Positions 24,632 through 35,870 of a DNA stretch of 64,000 nucleotides are shown here, piece after piece. Each line of letters opens with the position of its first letter. Position 1 is the stretch's first letter. A model generated the notes under the pieces. It saw only the letters and a program-made list of their open reading frames with translations, ran no database searches and was not told the origin of the DNA. The stretch spans positions 17,422,001 through 17,486,000 of the forward strand of contig JBHGNT010000014.1 in the NCBI GenBank assembly GCA_043228905.1, read 5' to 3'. Made by a program: the position numbers and the translations under genes. Origin of the DNA: Azolla caroliniana (taxonomy: Eukaryota; Plantae; Polypodiophyta).

Positions 24632-27600
24632 TTACTCTTCGCCTGCCGGCCCTTCCTCGGCCTCGGATCGGTCGTCGCTGCTGTCCAGGAGAATCGGGTC
24701 GGGTTCGTCGTCGTGCCGCTTCTTGAAAGCTTTGATCCTCTTCCTGGCCACGGGTATCGCTATTCTCGTTCCGTCGAGTTCCGCCAGATGATACGTCCCG
24801 TTGTCGTTGGCGCTCTGTACCGTGTACGGCCCGAACCATCTCTGTGCGAACTTCCGCGTTGCTCGGTGCTGGTTGTCGAGGCTGCTGTCGTAGACGAGCA
24901 CCCAGTCACCTTCGTCGATTTTCTTTGGTCGTAGCCGGTGCGTTCGGTCGAACCGGGCTTTGTTCTTTGTCCTCGCCACCCGGAGCTTCTCCGTAGCCAG
25001 TGCCACGTCCTCCGGTCTCCGCTCGAGCTGTTGTATACGCGCGGCCAACAACTCCTCCCGGCTCATCTCGTCCCTCCAGTCGACCGTTGCCCACGAGGAG
25101 ACCGCCCGTTCAATCGGCATGATCGGCTTCTGGCCGAACATGAGCTCTGTCGGCATGTACCCGGTTACCGAACTGTGCGTGGTCCGGTCTGCCCACAAAG
25201 CATAAGGCAGGAGCCGCGGCCAGTCACCGATTCGGCCTCCGCATGCCCGAACCAACGCCTTGACGATCGGTCCGTGTCCGCGCTCCACCTTCCCATTCGC
25301 CTCCGGATTGTACGCAGTGGTGAGCGAGAGCTTGACCCCCAGCCGGTCGAACAGCTCCGCGGCTTCCTCGGCGTCCAACTCCCCTCGGTCAGCCACGATC
25401 TTCCCGACGCACCCGTACCGGCATATCACGTCCTCGATCAGGAACCGACACACGGCCGCGGTCGTCTTGTTCTGAAGGGCTCGGCCTTCCACCTGGTTCG
25501 TCAGGTCTTCCCGTGCTAGGACCAGATACCGCATCTGTCCTACCCCCATCGGCATCGTCACCAGATCTACCATCCATTTGGAGTGGATAGTCGGAGGGTA
25601 CGTAGGGTGAAGCCCGTCCCGGTGTCGGACTATCGAGTGCATCTGACAACTCTCGCAAGTTGACACGAATCGATGCACGTCCCGGTACAATCCCGACCAC
25701 CAGTACTTCCCCTTCAGCTTCTCAAATGTTGCCCACGTTCCACGGTGTCCAGCCCAAGGGCTGTCGTGGTAGGCCGCCAGTAGCTCCTCCTGTTCTTCCT
25801 TCATCGCCACCACCCGGAGCGGGATGCCGTTCCTCTTCTTCGGGTGCTTCCACAAATGCCCATCTCGGAGAAAGAATCGATATGCTTTCTTCCGGATCCG
25901 GTCGGCCTCGTCCTTCGTCCATGACGCATCGGGCGTCATTGTCTTCAAAAACCCGCCGATCTGCAGCCACTCCCCGTCGTACTTGCTCGCGTCGAACTCG
26001 TTAAGCGCCGGAGTGCTCATCCCGTCGGTTGTTATGTATGCCGCCTCGAAGAAATCCACGCCGACCTCTTCGTCTTCCGAGACCATGCCGCCCTCGTCGT
26101 CGAACCTCGCCCTCGAAAGCATGTCGGCCATGGCGTTGTCTTTCCCGGAAATGTGTCGTATTTCCGGGTCCAGGGACTTGATGTACGCTATCCACCTGAG
26201 CATCGCCAGGTCCGGAGTCGCGCATCCGGAGACCATACCGAGAATCGGCAGGCAATCCGTCTCGATGATCACTTCTGTCCCTATCAGGTAGTCTTTGTCG
26301 GCCTTAACCGCCGAAACAATACCCCAGAGTTCGCGTTTAACCTGGGCGTATCCTCGCTGCCGTTCACTGAGGACTTTCGCGCCGAATCGGATCGGAAACC
26401 GATTGCCGTCCTCGTCTTCCTGGCTCACGACCCATCCGATCCCGGTCGGACTGGTATCCACCGTTATGAATACCGGGGTACCCTTCCCGTATACCGCCTT
26501 CCGGAGTGCCGGTGCCGCTGCAAGGGCCTCTTTCAGCCTCCGGACCGATTCCGCGTGCTCGTCTAGCCATTCGAACCTTCGCCCCCTTTTTAGCAACCCG
26601 TACAGTGGCTCCGCGACGTGTGCGTAATGCGGGATCCATATGTGGTAGAACGCGCATGCCCCCAGGAATCTCCGTACTTCCGTGACCGAGCTGCAGTCGG
26701 GCTTCATCGCGGAGATGGCTTCTACCTTTGCCGGAGACGGTTTCCGGCCATATGGTCCGCACAGGTGTCCGACCACCATGATTTCTGACTGCCCGAAGGC
26801 CGACTTCTCTCCGGAGAAGGTGAGTCTCGCATCCTCTAGCCTTTGCAGCACCTTCTCGCAGTCGTCGATGTGCGTCGCCACGAATCGCCGGCATCCGTCC
26901 GGCCCGATCGTCTCGTCCCTTTCTTCCACCGGGCATCCCTTGATCGGGATGTCGTCCAGAAACGGCATGGTGATGTCCGGGATACAGTCCCTCAGAACCT
27001 TGTTCATCGCATTCACCATGTGGGCCACCGAGTTGGTCCCTCCTTGCGGCAGTGTACACATCCGAACTAGGCCGAGGGGAGTTCGCATCGTCGTAATGTC
27101 TCTGCTCTCCACGGCTAGCTGGAACTGGTCGTACCCTGAGTATAGATCCCCGACCGAGTAAATTGACCTTCCGGCGAAGGCCTCCGCGAACTCGTCTATG
27201 GTCGGTCCGATCCCTGCGTTCCGAATCGTCACTCGATTGACCGGCTGCAGGTCCTGGATGAAGCGCAACGAACCGTTTTTCTTCGGTACGGTGAACCATC
27301 GATTCGAATATGGGGCGCTCGACGGCTCGAGAATTCCCATATCAACTTTCTGCCTCAGCAGCTCCATCAACTTCGGGATGTGAGCTCTCGGAACCGGGAT
27401 CGGCTTGAGATTCCATGGTACATGCGGTACCGTGAATATCACCATCGGCTCCACGATCGTCGGGTCAACGCACCCGATTTCCTCCGGCGAGAATGCGAAG
27501 GCTTTCCCGTGCCTTCCGAGCATTCTCCGAAACCGGTCTTCCTCCGCCGGCAGTAGGAACCCGCCCCCACCGATTTTGAGCTCTCGGAGCGTCTCGTCGG

Positions 27601-28138
27601 TAAAGGTGTGTCCTATGCAGGCCGGATCTCGTAGACTAGGGTCCGATGCAACCCCTTTGATTCTCGACGCGCTGTCCTCCGGTAAGGGTGCCGCGACTGG
27701 CCTTACCTTCCGGTCCACAGTCTTGTACTTGGTGCTCACGTGGGCCGTCCGAACCGACTCGAGCCCTCGACCGAAGTCCGCGATGACTTCGTACATCTCC
27801 TCGGAACACACCGGTATCGTCCGGTCTTTGTTAAGGCCTTCTTCGACTACCTTTCCCAGCATTCCCAAGGTGTCGTCGAATGAGGCCGCCTCCACGGCTC
27901 CGTCGATTTCCTCGTCAGGGCCGAGAACTCCGCACGCTCGAAGTCTCCCCTCCGCCTTTCTCTTCTCTCGGCCGCCGATGCCGACTGTCGTGCACGCTCC
28001 GCTGTCGGAGAACAAAAATTCCCTACCTATGGTACCAGGTTTCTTCGGTTTTATCGTACAGGTGTGGGGTTTTCCCGGGGTGTCCGGACTGTCGCGGCCC
28101 CACGCCTTGGCAGTCCTCTCTAAAAATCCTCTCGGTTT
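24632..28138 (-). CDS. Gypsy Pol (RT, RNase H, integrase), in the -1 frame relative to gag
   Basis: DLYSGYDQ, LPQG, FLDD (RT); DTS..ELWG..ETD..ADMLSR (RNase H); H-H-C-C and D-D-E with GPY (IN). The frame is open upstream of 28015 through the gag stop. Confidence 0.95.
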   Translation of the reverse strand, partial: KPRGFLERTAKAWGRDSPDTPGKPHTCTIKPKKPGTIGREFLFSDSGACTTVGIGGREKRKAEGRLRACGVLGPDEEIDGAVEAASFDDTLGMLGKVVEEGLNKDRTIPVCSEEMYEVIADFGRGLESVRTAHVSTKYKTVDRKVRPVAAPLPEDSASRIKGVASDPSLRDPACIGHTFTDETLRELKIGGGGFLLPAEEDRFRRMLGRHGKAFAFSPEEIGCVDPTIVEPMVIFTVPHVPWNLKPIPVPRAHIPKLMELLRQKVDMGILEPSSAPYSNRWFTVPKKNGSLRFIQDLQPVNRVTIRNAGIGPTIDEFAEAFAGRSIYSVGDLYSGYDQFQLAVESRDITTMRTPLGLVRMCTLPQGGTNSVAHMVNAMNKVLRDCIPDITMPFLDDIPIKGCPVEERDETIGPDGCRRFVATHIDDCEKVLQRLEDARLTFSGEKSAFGQSEIMVVGHLCGPYGRKPSPAKVEAISAMKPDCSSVTEVRRFLGACAFYHIWIPHYAHVAEPLYGLLKRGRRFEWLDEHAESVRRLKEALAAAPALRKAVYGKGTPVFITVDTSPTGIGWVVSQEDEDGNRFPIRFGAKVLSERQRGYAQVKRELWGIVSAVKADKDYLIGTEVIIETDCLPILGMVSGCATPDLAMLRWIAYIKSLDPEIRHISGKDNAMADMLSRARFDDEGGMVSEDEEVGVDFFEAAYITTDGMSTPALNEFDASKYDGEWLQIGGFLKTMTPDASWTKDEADRIRKKAYRFFLRDGHLWKHPKKRNGIPLRVVAMKEEQEELLAAYHDSPWAGHRGTWATFEKLKGKYWWSGLYRDVHRFVSTCESCQMHSIVRHRDGLHPTYPPTIHSKWMVDLVTMPMGVGQMRYLVLAREDLTNQVEGRALQNKTTAAVCRFLIEDVICRYGCVGKIVADRGELDAEEAAELFDRLGVKLSLTTAYNPEANGKVERGHGPIVKALVRACGGRIGDWPRLLPYALWADRTTHSSVTGYMPTELMFGQKPIMPIERAVSSWATVDWRDEMSREELLAARIQQLERRPEDVALATEKLRVARTKNKARFDRTHRLRPKKIDEGDWVLVYDSSLDNQHRATRKFAQRWFGPYTVQSANDNGTYHLAELDGTRIAIPVARKRIKAFKKRHDDEPDPILLDSSDDRSEAEEGPAGEE

Positions 28139-30246
28139 TCGGAACCGAGGGAATCACGGTTACGTTCGTGGTTCGGCCTTACCGTCAAAAACTGGACCGA
28201 ATGGCGCCCGTCTTGGCTTTTGACCCTCGCGTAGGCCGAACCATTGTCCAGCACTTTGGTCTCCATCCGCGCCGCCGTAATGTACGGTTCTCCCAGAATG
28301 ACCGGGTGCGAAGACGTCTCCTGCACGAAGAAGTGTTGGTCAATCTCGACGTCGCCAATCTTGACCCGCACATTCGGACAGGCCCCGTGCAGTTCCTCGG
28401 TGGCGCGCGTTGCTGCCCTTATTTTCCACCCGTGCTTGGTGTTGATCGGCCATTTGCCTTTCTTATAGAAGTCCATGGACATCAAATTGATCTCCGATCC
28501 GTGGTCCACCAAAGCTATCACCGGTTCCTGGACATCGCCGATCTTCACCGGGGTTTCCGTGGTCGCTCGGGCCCAGTGTGGTCTCGAATAGTGGCTTTCC
28601 GCCCACTCGTCTCCCAGCGCCATGTCATCTAGGTGCGTCGTCCGCACTTCCACCGGTCTTTCCGGTTCTGTCTCCGTCGACAGCCTCTTCCGTTTCACCA
28701 AGTCCACGATGGAGTCGTGGAACTCCTTCTTGGCGATTCCCAGCACCTCCCGTAACGACAGCTCCACCTTGCTGTCGAGGATCCGTTCCTCCAGGACCTT
28801 TCGTAAGTCCGTGGTTCTTTCTATCTCCGTCCCCAGACGGTACCCGCCCTTCTGGGGTTTATCTCGCGTACCGGCCCCGCCGGCTTCGTCCCGTCGCGGC
28901 CCGGACCGGGTCTCGTATCGTTGTGAGGGCCCGGTCGTCCCGGGTTTCCCCACCCGCTTCTCTTCTACCAGAGCCTCGTAGTTCCGGCAAGCGGCTTCCA
29001 CGAAGCCCGTCTTCTCCTCGACCGGGTCGCTCCACCCGGTCATCTCCCGTACCCGTTTCTCCGCACGGTCCGATTCCTCCCTTTTAACTACTGCACCGGC
29101 AAGGCCTTCCAGCATCGTCGGCCAGAATCCGGCTTTGCTTTCCCCCCGGGCCTCGCCGCCCCCGACTCGAATGCCGGCTGACGCCGAGTAGTGGACTGTT
29201 TCCGCGTGTCGGGCCGCCGCCTCTTCCATCACCCTTTTCATACCACCCTTTCCGTCGTTTCGGCTCAGGGCCCTTCGGGTGTCGCTGGCATGCACCCGTC
29301 CTTCCCACAGGTACACCACCCTGTTCCTCAGCGCCTCCGCGAAGTCGCCGCAGTCCTTCCGAATGTGGCCGACTTCATCGCACCACATGCACCTGTTTCC
29401 TGCCGCCGGCCGTCGGTCGCGAGCCGGTTCGCCTCCTTCCCTTCGGGCCTGCGCGATTTGGAGGTCCTTTATCGCCTTTGTCAATTCCTCCAGCGCCGCT
29501 CCTCCGGTTGAGCCTCCGACTACGCCGGTCGAAGCCGAACCGGTTTCCAACCACTCCCGGGTCTCTTCCTTGCGCACCTGCGGCGCTGGTTCGAGCTTCC
29601 TTGCTGCGACCGAGCCCGACCCGGTCGCCCCGTTATCCGCCCATTCTCGCCGTTTGTCGAAACGGCCACAGACCTTCCTGACAGCCGCCCAGTCGGTAGT
29701 GAGCCCTTCTTCGGTCTCCAGCAAGAAGCCCACTTGCTCCCGATCCCGCTCGTCGACCGACTTGACAAACAGCAAGACCCGGCTCGTGTCCAGGATGGTT
29801 CGGTCGAGCGCCGAAAGGCGCGCAAAGTTTTCCTCGAACTCCCGGAGGAGTGCCGAAGCGTTTCTTCCCTTCCCCGGGGACTCCACCCATTCCATGAACC
29901 TTCGCTTCGAAAGCCGGAGCGCGTCGTCCAGCCCGTATTTCTCTAGGAGCCGACCTTCGAACTCCTCCCAGGTACGGCTCTCCGTCCGCACCTCGAGCAC
30001 CTCCGCATGGATGCTCGGCATCGCCACTCGGGGAAATCCGGCAAGACGCCTTTCTTCCGGAATGTCCCGCATCAGCATCTCTGCACCGTAGGACGCCAAA
30101 TACTTCGTGGCATCCTTCCCATCGAACCGGCCGATCGTGCCGACGACCGCCTCAATAGCTCTGTCGAGGGCACCAGTGCTCTTGCGCGCGTTTACAATCC
30201 GATCCACGGCCGAAGCCATGGCCTCTGCGAGATCCGACCCTCTCAT
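28120..30246 (-). CDS. Gypsy Gag plus aspartic protease
   Basis: MRGSDLAEAM...; zinc knuckle CMWCDEVGHIRKDC; protease ALVDHGSEINLM...VILGEP. Confidence 0.93.
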   Translation of the reverse strand: MRGSDLAEAMASAVDRIVNARKSTGALDRAIEAVVGTIGRFDGKDATKYLASYGAEMLMRDIPEERRLAGFPRVAMPSIHAEVLEVRTESRTWEEFEGRLLEKYGLDDALRLSKRRFMEWVESPGKGRNASALLREFEENFARLSALDRTILDTSRVLLFVKSVDERDREQVGFLLETEEGLTTDWAAVRKVCGRFDKRREWADNGATGSGSVAARKLEPAPQVRKEETREWLETGSASTGVVGGSTGGAALEELTKAIKDLQIAQARREGGEPARDRRPAAGNRCMWCDEVGHIRKDCGDFAEALRNRVVYLWEGRVHASDTRRALSRNDGKGGMKRVMEEAAARHAETVHYSASAGIRVGGGEARGESKAGFWPTMLEGLAGAVVKREESDRAEKRVREMTGWSDPVEEKTGFVEAACRNYEALVEEKRVGKPGTTGPSQRYETRSGPRRDEAGGAGTRDKPQKGGYRLGTEIERTTDLRKVLEERILDSKVELSLREVLGIAKKEFHDSIVDLVKRKRLSTETEPERPVEVRTTHLDDMALGDEWAESHYSRPHWARATTETPVKIGDVQEPVIALVDHGSEINLMSMDFYKKGKWPINTKHGWKIRAATRATEELHGACPNVRVKIGDVEIDQHFFVQETSSHPVILGEPYITAARMETKVLDNGSAYARVKSQDGRHSVQFLTVRPNHERNRDSLGSENREDF

Positions 30247-31400
30247 TTCCTGCTCTTCTGCCGCCTCTTTCACGTCGGGTTCACCAAGATGTCGGGGTTG
30301 CTACGCCCTTGCGTGCAGAAAGGAGGAGGGACCGCGGGGGTCTTGGACCGAAGAGCAAGAGAGAGCGGAATAAGAGAGAGACCCGATTACACAGAACCGG
30401 AGATTGCACAGGGACACGGCCCAACAAACAGAGATCACAAACAAACGCCGACGCAGATGGACGCAACAACGAAAGACATGTACTTATGAATGCAAGAAAC
30501 TAACAGACTAAAGTATTACAACCCACGGTGGGGCACGGAATAGATACTAACGAAAACGAACAGGGCGGCGAACAGGTGCCGACCCCTGTATGTCGCGACG
30601 CACAGAAAGGGCAAACAGGTCGGAGGTGCTGCAGGACGCACTCGGGCGATCCACGGAACAGCGCAAGCCTCCTCGAAACCTGCACAGGTACGCGATGGAG
30701 CAGAAGACAGAGAGAGAGCAGGAGCTTCGAATCGGTTCGGCAGCACTTCGTCCTCTCCGCGCGAGATCCCCCTTTTCCTATTCTTCCTCTTCCTTTTTAT
30801 ATCCCGTCAAGAGGCCGTTTGGCATTAACTGCATACCAACCGAATCTGCCCACCTAGGATCCTTGTATGTACTTCTTGGCGCGCGCGTGTGTAGAGCCGT
30901 TTCCCTCGCCTTGTTCCTCCGATTCCTCTTGTGGGCGGTTTTCTTCACGACAGCGTGAACAGTACCTAGTGCAAACAGTGAGCTGCCAACTAGGTGCATG
31001 GATGTGGACTCCATACCGAGCTCGATATGCGGATAATATATGTAGACTCGTTCCACTTACTAGCAAGAGCTTAGCTGCTTATAGGAGATTTGTAGACATT
31101 TCCAATGGTAATTTATAAATATGTAAAGAGATGACATTATTCAATGAAGAATTTAATAACTTGTTCCCACTGTACTTATCTACTATGTAATTTGAGGAAT
31201 ATGTTGCAGATTGTTGATTTCATGCTAGTGCTTTATTTAACTGTATTTTCGAAATACATGTTTGTTTTACACGAAAAGATGGTAATTGCTACTTGTAGCT
31301 ACAAGTTCCATGGCATACTGTTATACATGGTTCTATTGACAGCTAATTAGCTATCATGGTAGCTAATTAGCTATTCTGGTAAACCTGAGTAAACCTGAAT

Positions 31401-31665
31401 ACAACTAATTAGCTATTGATGACTATTTAGCTATTGACAGCTAATTAGCTGCATTTGTACAACTAATTAGCTATTGATGACTATTTAGCTATTGACAGCT
31501 AATTAGCTGCATTTGTACAACTAATTAGCTATTGATGACTATTTAGCTATTGACAGCTAATTAGCTGCATTTGTACAACTAATTAGCTATTGATGACAAT
31601 TTAGCTATTGACAGCTAATTAGCTGCATTTGTACAACTAATTAGCTATTGATGACTATTTCGCTA
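31401..31665. repeat. 58-bp tandem repeat (about 4.5 copies) built on AGCTAATTAGCT
   Basis: ACAACTAATTAGCTATTGATGACTATTTAGCTATTGACAGCTAATTAGCTGCATTTGT at 31401, 31459, 31517, 31575. Confidence 0.92.
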
Positions 31666-31789
31666 TAACTTATAACTTATAACTTAACAAAAAAGACATG
31701 ATTTTATTGAGAAAGAAGCACAAAAAGCAGACTGTATACAAGAAATTGATTCTCAAACGAACATGTTTAACTGTTTTCGCGAAATACAT

Positions 31790-34700
31790 GTTTGTTTTAC
31801 AAGAGAACATGGTAATTGCTACTTGTAGCTACAAATTCCATGGCATACTATTGTAAATACATTCATACACATTAGCACCAACAATGTATAAACCTAAGTA
31901 GCTATTGTATTCTGACATTGGGACGTTGATGCACCTGACCAAATGAGAGTACATGTACGCCGCTAGTTTGTCTTCTAACAGCCTGTACACATTCGTAGTC
32001 ATCTAGTTTTGCATAAAAAATGCCTTCGATGTAGAATGTCCCGGCAGATACAAAATTTCCCCATGCATCTACAATATTCTACCTTGCACAATGTTTACTA
32101 ACCGTGCACTTCAATATATAGAAATCAGCACCCTCTGAATTGCCTTCTTCAGCATTTACAGTGAAGTTATCCCCAACGTTTAGGAGATCACTCAAAGTAT
32201 CTCCAAGTCCCTCATATGTGAAGTCAGCATTTTGCCCTGTTTCTCCATCAACTGCTTCCTTATCATTCAGAGTGTGATACTCCCAATTCTGAATGTATGC
32301 TTTGTTTAGACAATATCTCCAATTTCCCTGCACACAATGGAAGCAAAAACAAGTCAATTCTCTAACCGCAATACAATGACCATCCAACCTGGAATAACCG
32401 CGAACAGCATGTAGAGATCGCAATTCCGGAATTCCTTGGCACTCCCAGGTCTTCTCCCTATTTACTTCATCTATCTTCACTTCCCAAAATTCACGTTTGA
32501 TATCTCAGACTTGCGAGAAATAAACACGTGTTGCACTCGTTGACATATTTATTCTTAAAAATTCAACTATATGTGATGCACAATTCATGTGCCCACCATC
32601 TGTCTTTAGTTGTTCATGGGTAAGTGCCCGCTTTATAACAACCCCTGCACCATCATGTTCACCTTTACCATGGCCAGACCCAAAAAAATTCCATCTCATC
32701 TCCAAACCTGTTATAGCAGGATACCTCCCCACAAAATAAAATGGACGTCGAGCCTTGAATTGTGACGCAGCTCCGTCAGACCAGACCCAATGTTGAGTAA
32801 GCTCCAAACGTTGAGCTAATAACCACTGCCAATGTAACTTAAAACAGTGTTGGACGAAAAAGGTATCATGCTTCTTATCATCAAAAATAAAGAAATGAAT
32901 TACTTTTTTAACATCACCTAAAACTCGAAAATATGTTATGTGCACAAAAATGGTTACCTGAACTGAACGCCACTTCATAGATTGAATTTCATTCTGCTGC
33001 TTGAAAGTATAATTCTCTGCGAAATCTACTACTGAGACTACTACATCATTTCGGAAATCAGATATACAAGTATTAAACTGATGGGCCTGCCATGAATAAA
33101 TGAAGTTGTGTTTAATGAACTTTCCTAGAGATACTACAAACAAAGACACCAAATCCCTTGGTTTAAGCATCTTCCGAACTAGATCCTTTCTTGGACACCA
33201 CCTATATCTAGTAGGGCCACAATCTTGACATAAACCCATGACACATTTATGACTATGGAAGATAGCGTCAGTTTCTCTCAGACACAATATTGAATCTAAT
33301 AAATAACTCATGGAAGAGATAATGTGCTTAGATGATTTACACTCCTCTTGCGGGCTTGATCGACAAATTGGGCACCCACATGTGCAAACTGTATTAGTTA
33401 GGGATCTGCGCTATGGTGACGTAGTAGATTAACAGAGTCCTTCAGAAAACCCATATGTACATGGTAAATGCAACAACATGTGTATCGATCCCTTAAGCGT
33501 CTCACAAAGTGTGGCTAAAGAGACTCGAATGTTCGTAGTTGAACTTTAATATTTGGATGCATTCGTTTGAAGCTAATAAATAAATCGACTTGTGTAAAAA
33601 AGGGGAATTAGTTATTCTCGTAACAAGCTAACTATCCTAGTAGCTACATCTAATTAGTTGTTCTAGTAGCTAATTAGCTATCATGGTAGCTAATTAGCTG
33701 TCCTACTAGCTAATTAGCTATCATGGTAGCTAATTAGTTGGTCTAGTAGCTAATTAGCTATCATGGTGGCTAATTAGTTGTCCTAGTAGCTAATTAGCTA
33801 TCATGGTAGCTAGTTAGCTTTCCTAGTAGCTAATTAGCTGGTAATAACGAAATTAGCTATCCTAGTAGCTAATTAGCTGTCCTAGTAGCTAATTAGTTGT
33901 TCTAGTAGCTAATTAGCTATCATGGTATTAGAGTAGTTGTCCTAGTACCTAATTAGCTATCATGGTAGCTAATTAGCTTTCTTAGTAGCTAATTAGCTGG
34001 TAATAACTAGAGTAGCTAACTATCATAGTAGCTAATTAGCTATTATGGTAGCTAATTACCTATTCTAATAGCTAATTAGCTAATTACCTATTCTAATTAG
34101 CTATTCTAGTAGTTATTTAGCTATCATGGTTGCTAAAACCCTATTATAATAGCTAATTAGCTATCTTAAAAGCTAATTAGCTATTCTGGTAGTTAATTAT
34201 CTGGTAATAACTAAATTAGCTATTGAGAGTAGCTAATTAGCTATCATGGTAGCTAGTTAGCTATTTTGGTAGCTAATTATCTGGTAGTAACTAAATTAGC
34301 TATTGAGAATAGCTAATTAGCTATCATGGTAGTAGCTATTGAGAGTAGCCAGGTACCTATGTAGTAGCTAACTGAGGTAAATGTAACTGATAAGCTAATT
34401 AGCTTTTCTGCTAACTGAACTAATTAACTTTCCGTGTAGAGTCAAAACAAATGTTGAGATAAATGTAAATACCTGAGGTACATCAAGAAGATGAATGGGA
34501 TGCTCCTCGTATTGATTTCTTCCAACACGTTTCCTGCATAAATCCTTTTTATTGGGTGAAACCCTACTCTCATTAGTCCAAAACATTGTGATTACATCCT
34601 TGATTTCAAATGTTATGGGTGTCATTGGCTTACATCTTGTAGTTAGCTTTTGTAGACTAGTTCCTTCACCCGAGGAAATTATACGGTTCATTGTATTGTA

Positions 34701-35222
34701 CACTGTTTTTCTACTAACACCAATTACCTTAGATAGCTCATTGATGTTTATATCGTCAACATCACTATTAAGTAACATCATTAGACTAGACCTTTTTAAG
34801 ACAAGATCATCTTCTGACCTGCTCATGGATACGAAACTATTACGAAGATCATTTACTAAAATAGATGATATGTTTGCATTAAGACCATCACAATCAACTA
34901 AGTCCTTTATCGATGGATCATTTAATATTCCATAAAGTACTACCTTCTTTTCTTCATTACTGATGTGCTTGGTTTGAACATTGAAATAGTCTACAACCTT
35001 TCTCTCTATGATGGTAGTCACATTACTTACATTCTCAACTAAACTATCCTTACCTTTTCTGAGTGTGGCTTTCGTATCCTTCAACAATTGACGATGTTTC
35101 CTTTTTTTTTCTGCCCAATAGTTTCGTATGGCTTGTTGTGTCTTGATAGCATCATCCCTATCCTTATGATCATTGAGGGGTAATTCTAAACACCCTTCTT
35201 CCCCTTCCATTTGGCTGGACAT
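31790..35222 (-). pseudogene. Sola2-like DDD transposase of element B, spliced (intron about 34472-33590), disrupted
   Basis: Exon 1 MSSQME...HLLDVPQ|GT; exon 2 ..RDRYTCCCIYH..CVMGLCQDC..VVDFAENY..QNEIQS..WSDGAASQFK..FFGSGHGKGEHDGAG..CFCFHC. Confidence 0.82.
33620..34410. repeat. TAGCTAATTAGCTA array within the transposase intron
   Basis: Units of about 20 bp, TAGTAGCTAATTAGCTATCATGG and variants. Confidence 0.9.
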
Positions 35223-35344
35223 ATTAAAACCCTAAATTTCTAGAAAAAAAAACAAGTATTTAAGATGGCTATGGGCAACAACAATACACAAAAATATTCC
35301 ACAATACACAAGATAATCAATAGACAGAAAAGTTATTGCAATCC

Positions 35345-35870
35345 AAGACCGAACAGTAGAGGAGTTCACTCCGTTGGATCGAACAGTTGAGGAGACGATC
35401 CAGGACCGACCAATGGCGACAACTGAGTGTAGAATGTTGCCGTTGGATGAGTGAACTCCGTCAAATCGAAATGTGGAAGCAATCCAGGACTGGACAGTAG
35501 CGGGAACTGAGTGTAGAATGATGGCAATGGAGGAGAGAACCCCGTCAGATTGAACAGTTACCGATGATGCTTGGAACGCACAGAGAAGGCACCTGAGAGT
35601 AGAATGGCGGCAGTGGATTTGTTAACGCCGTCGGGTCGAAAAGTGGCAGCAATACATGACCTTCACAGTAGCGGCCCCTGAGTGTAGAGTGGCACAAAGA
35701 AGAGAAGCCCATTAGACTGAACAGTTACCGATGATGCTTGGAACGCACAGTAGCGGCCCCTGAGTGTAGAGTGGCACAGAGAAGAGAACCCCGTCAGATT
35801 GAACAGTTACCGATGATGCTTGGAACGCACAGTAGCGGCCCCTGAGTGTAGAGTGGCTGCAGGTGGACTC
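35345..35870. repeat. About 82-bp subterminal tandem repeats of element B
   Basis: GAACAGTTACCGATGATGCTTGGAACGCACAG at 35552, 35719 and 35801; CTGAGTGTAGA recurs at similar spacing. Confidence 0.8.

Larger units (their letters stand above)
23897..30952 (-). mobile_element. Intact Ty3/gypsy LTR retrotransposon (non-chromovirus), recent insertion
   Basis: 663-bp LTRs 23897-24559 and 30290-30952 with no difference seen by eye; 4-bp TSD GCGT; PBS TGGTGAACCCGACGTGA (tRNA-Trp); PPT GGTGGGGGCGGA. Confidence 0.97.
23043..31118 (+). pseudogene. FCP1/NIF-type HAD phosphatase-like domain gene, interrupted by the gypsy at 23897-30952
   Basis: ALILELDKVL..PRRDANKFLEWVVQYFDLFIWS..WARENC..FKRLSDFW..YNADNTLILD follows the FCP1-family motif order. 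Removing the gypsy and one TSD restores the frame (EEMREQYLVQ...NGNL*). In-frame stop at 23702. Confidence 0.55.

Noticed and set aside
30270-30287. tRNA gene fragments (Trp-, iMet- and Arg-like)
   Set aside because: Only 12-18-nt primer-binding sites next to LTRs, not tRNA genes.
24600-30300. Many long antisense and alternative-frame ORFs over gypsy and copia coding regions
   Set aside because: Shadow ORFs of GC-rich coding sequence with no recognisable motifs.
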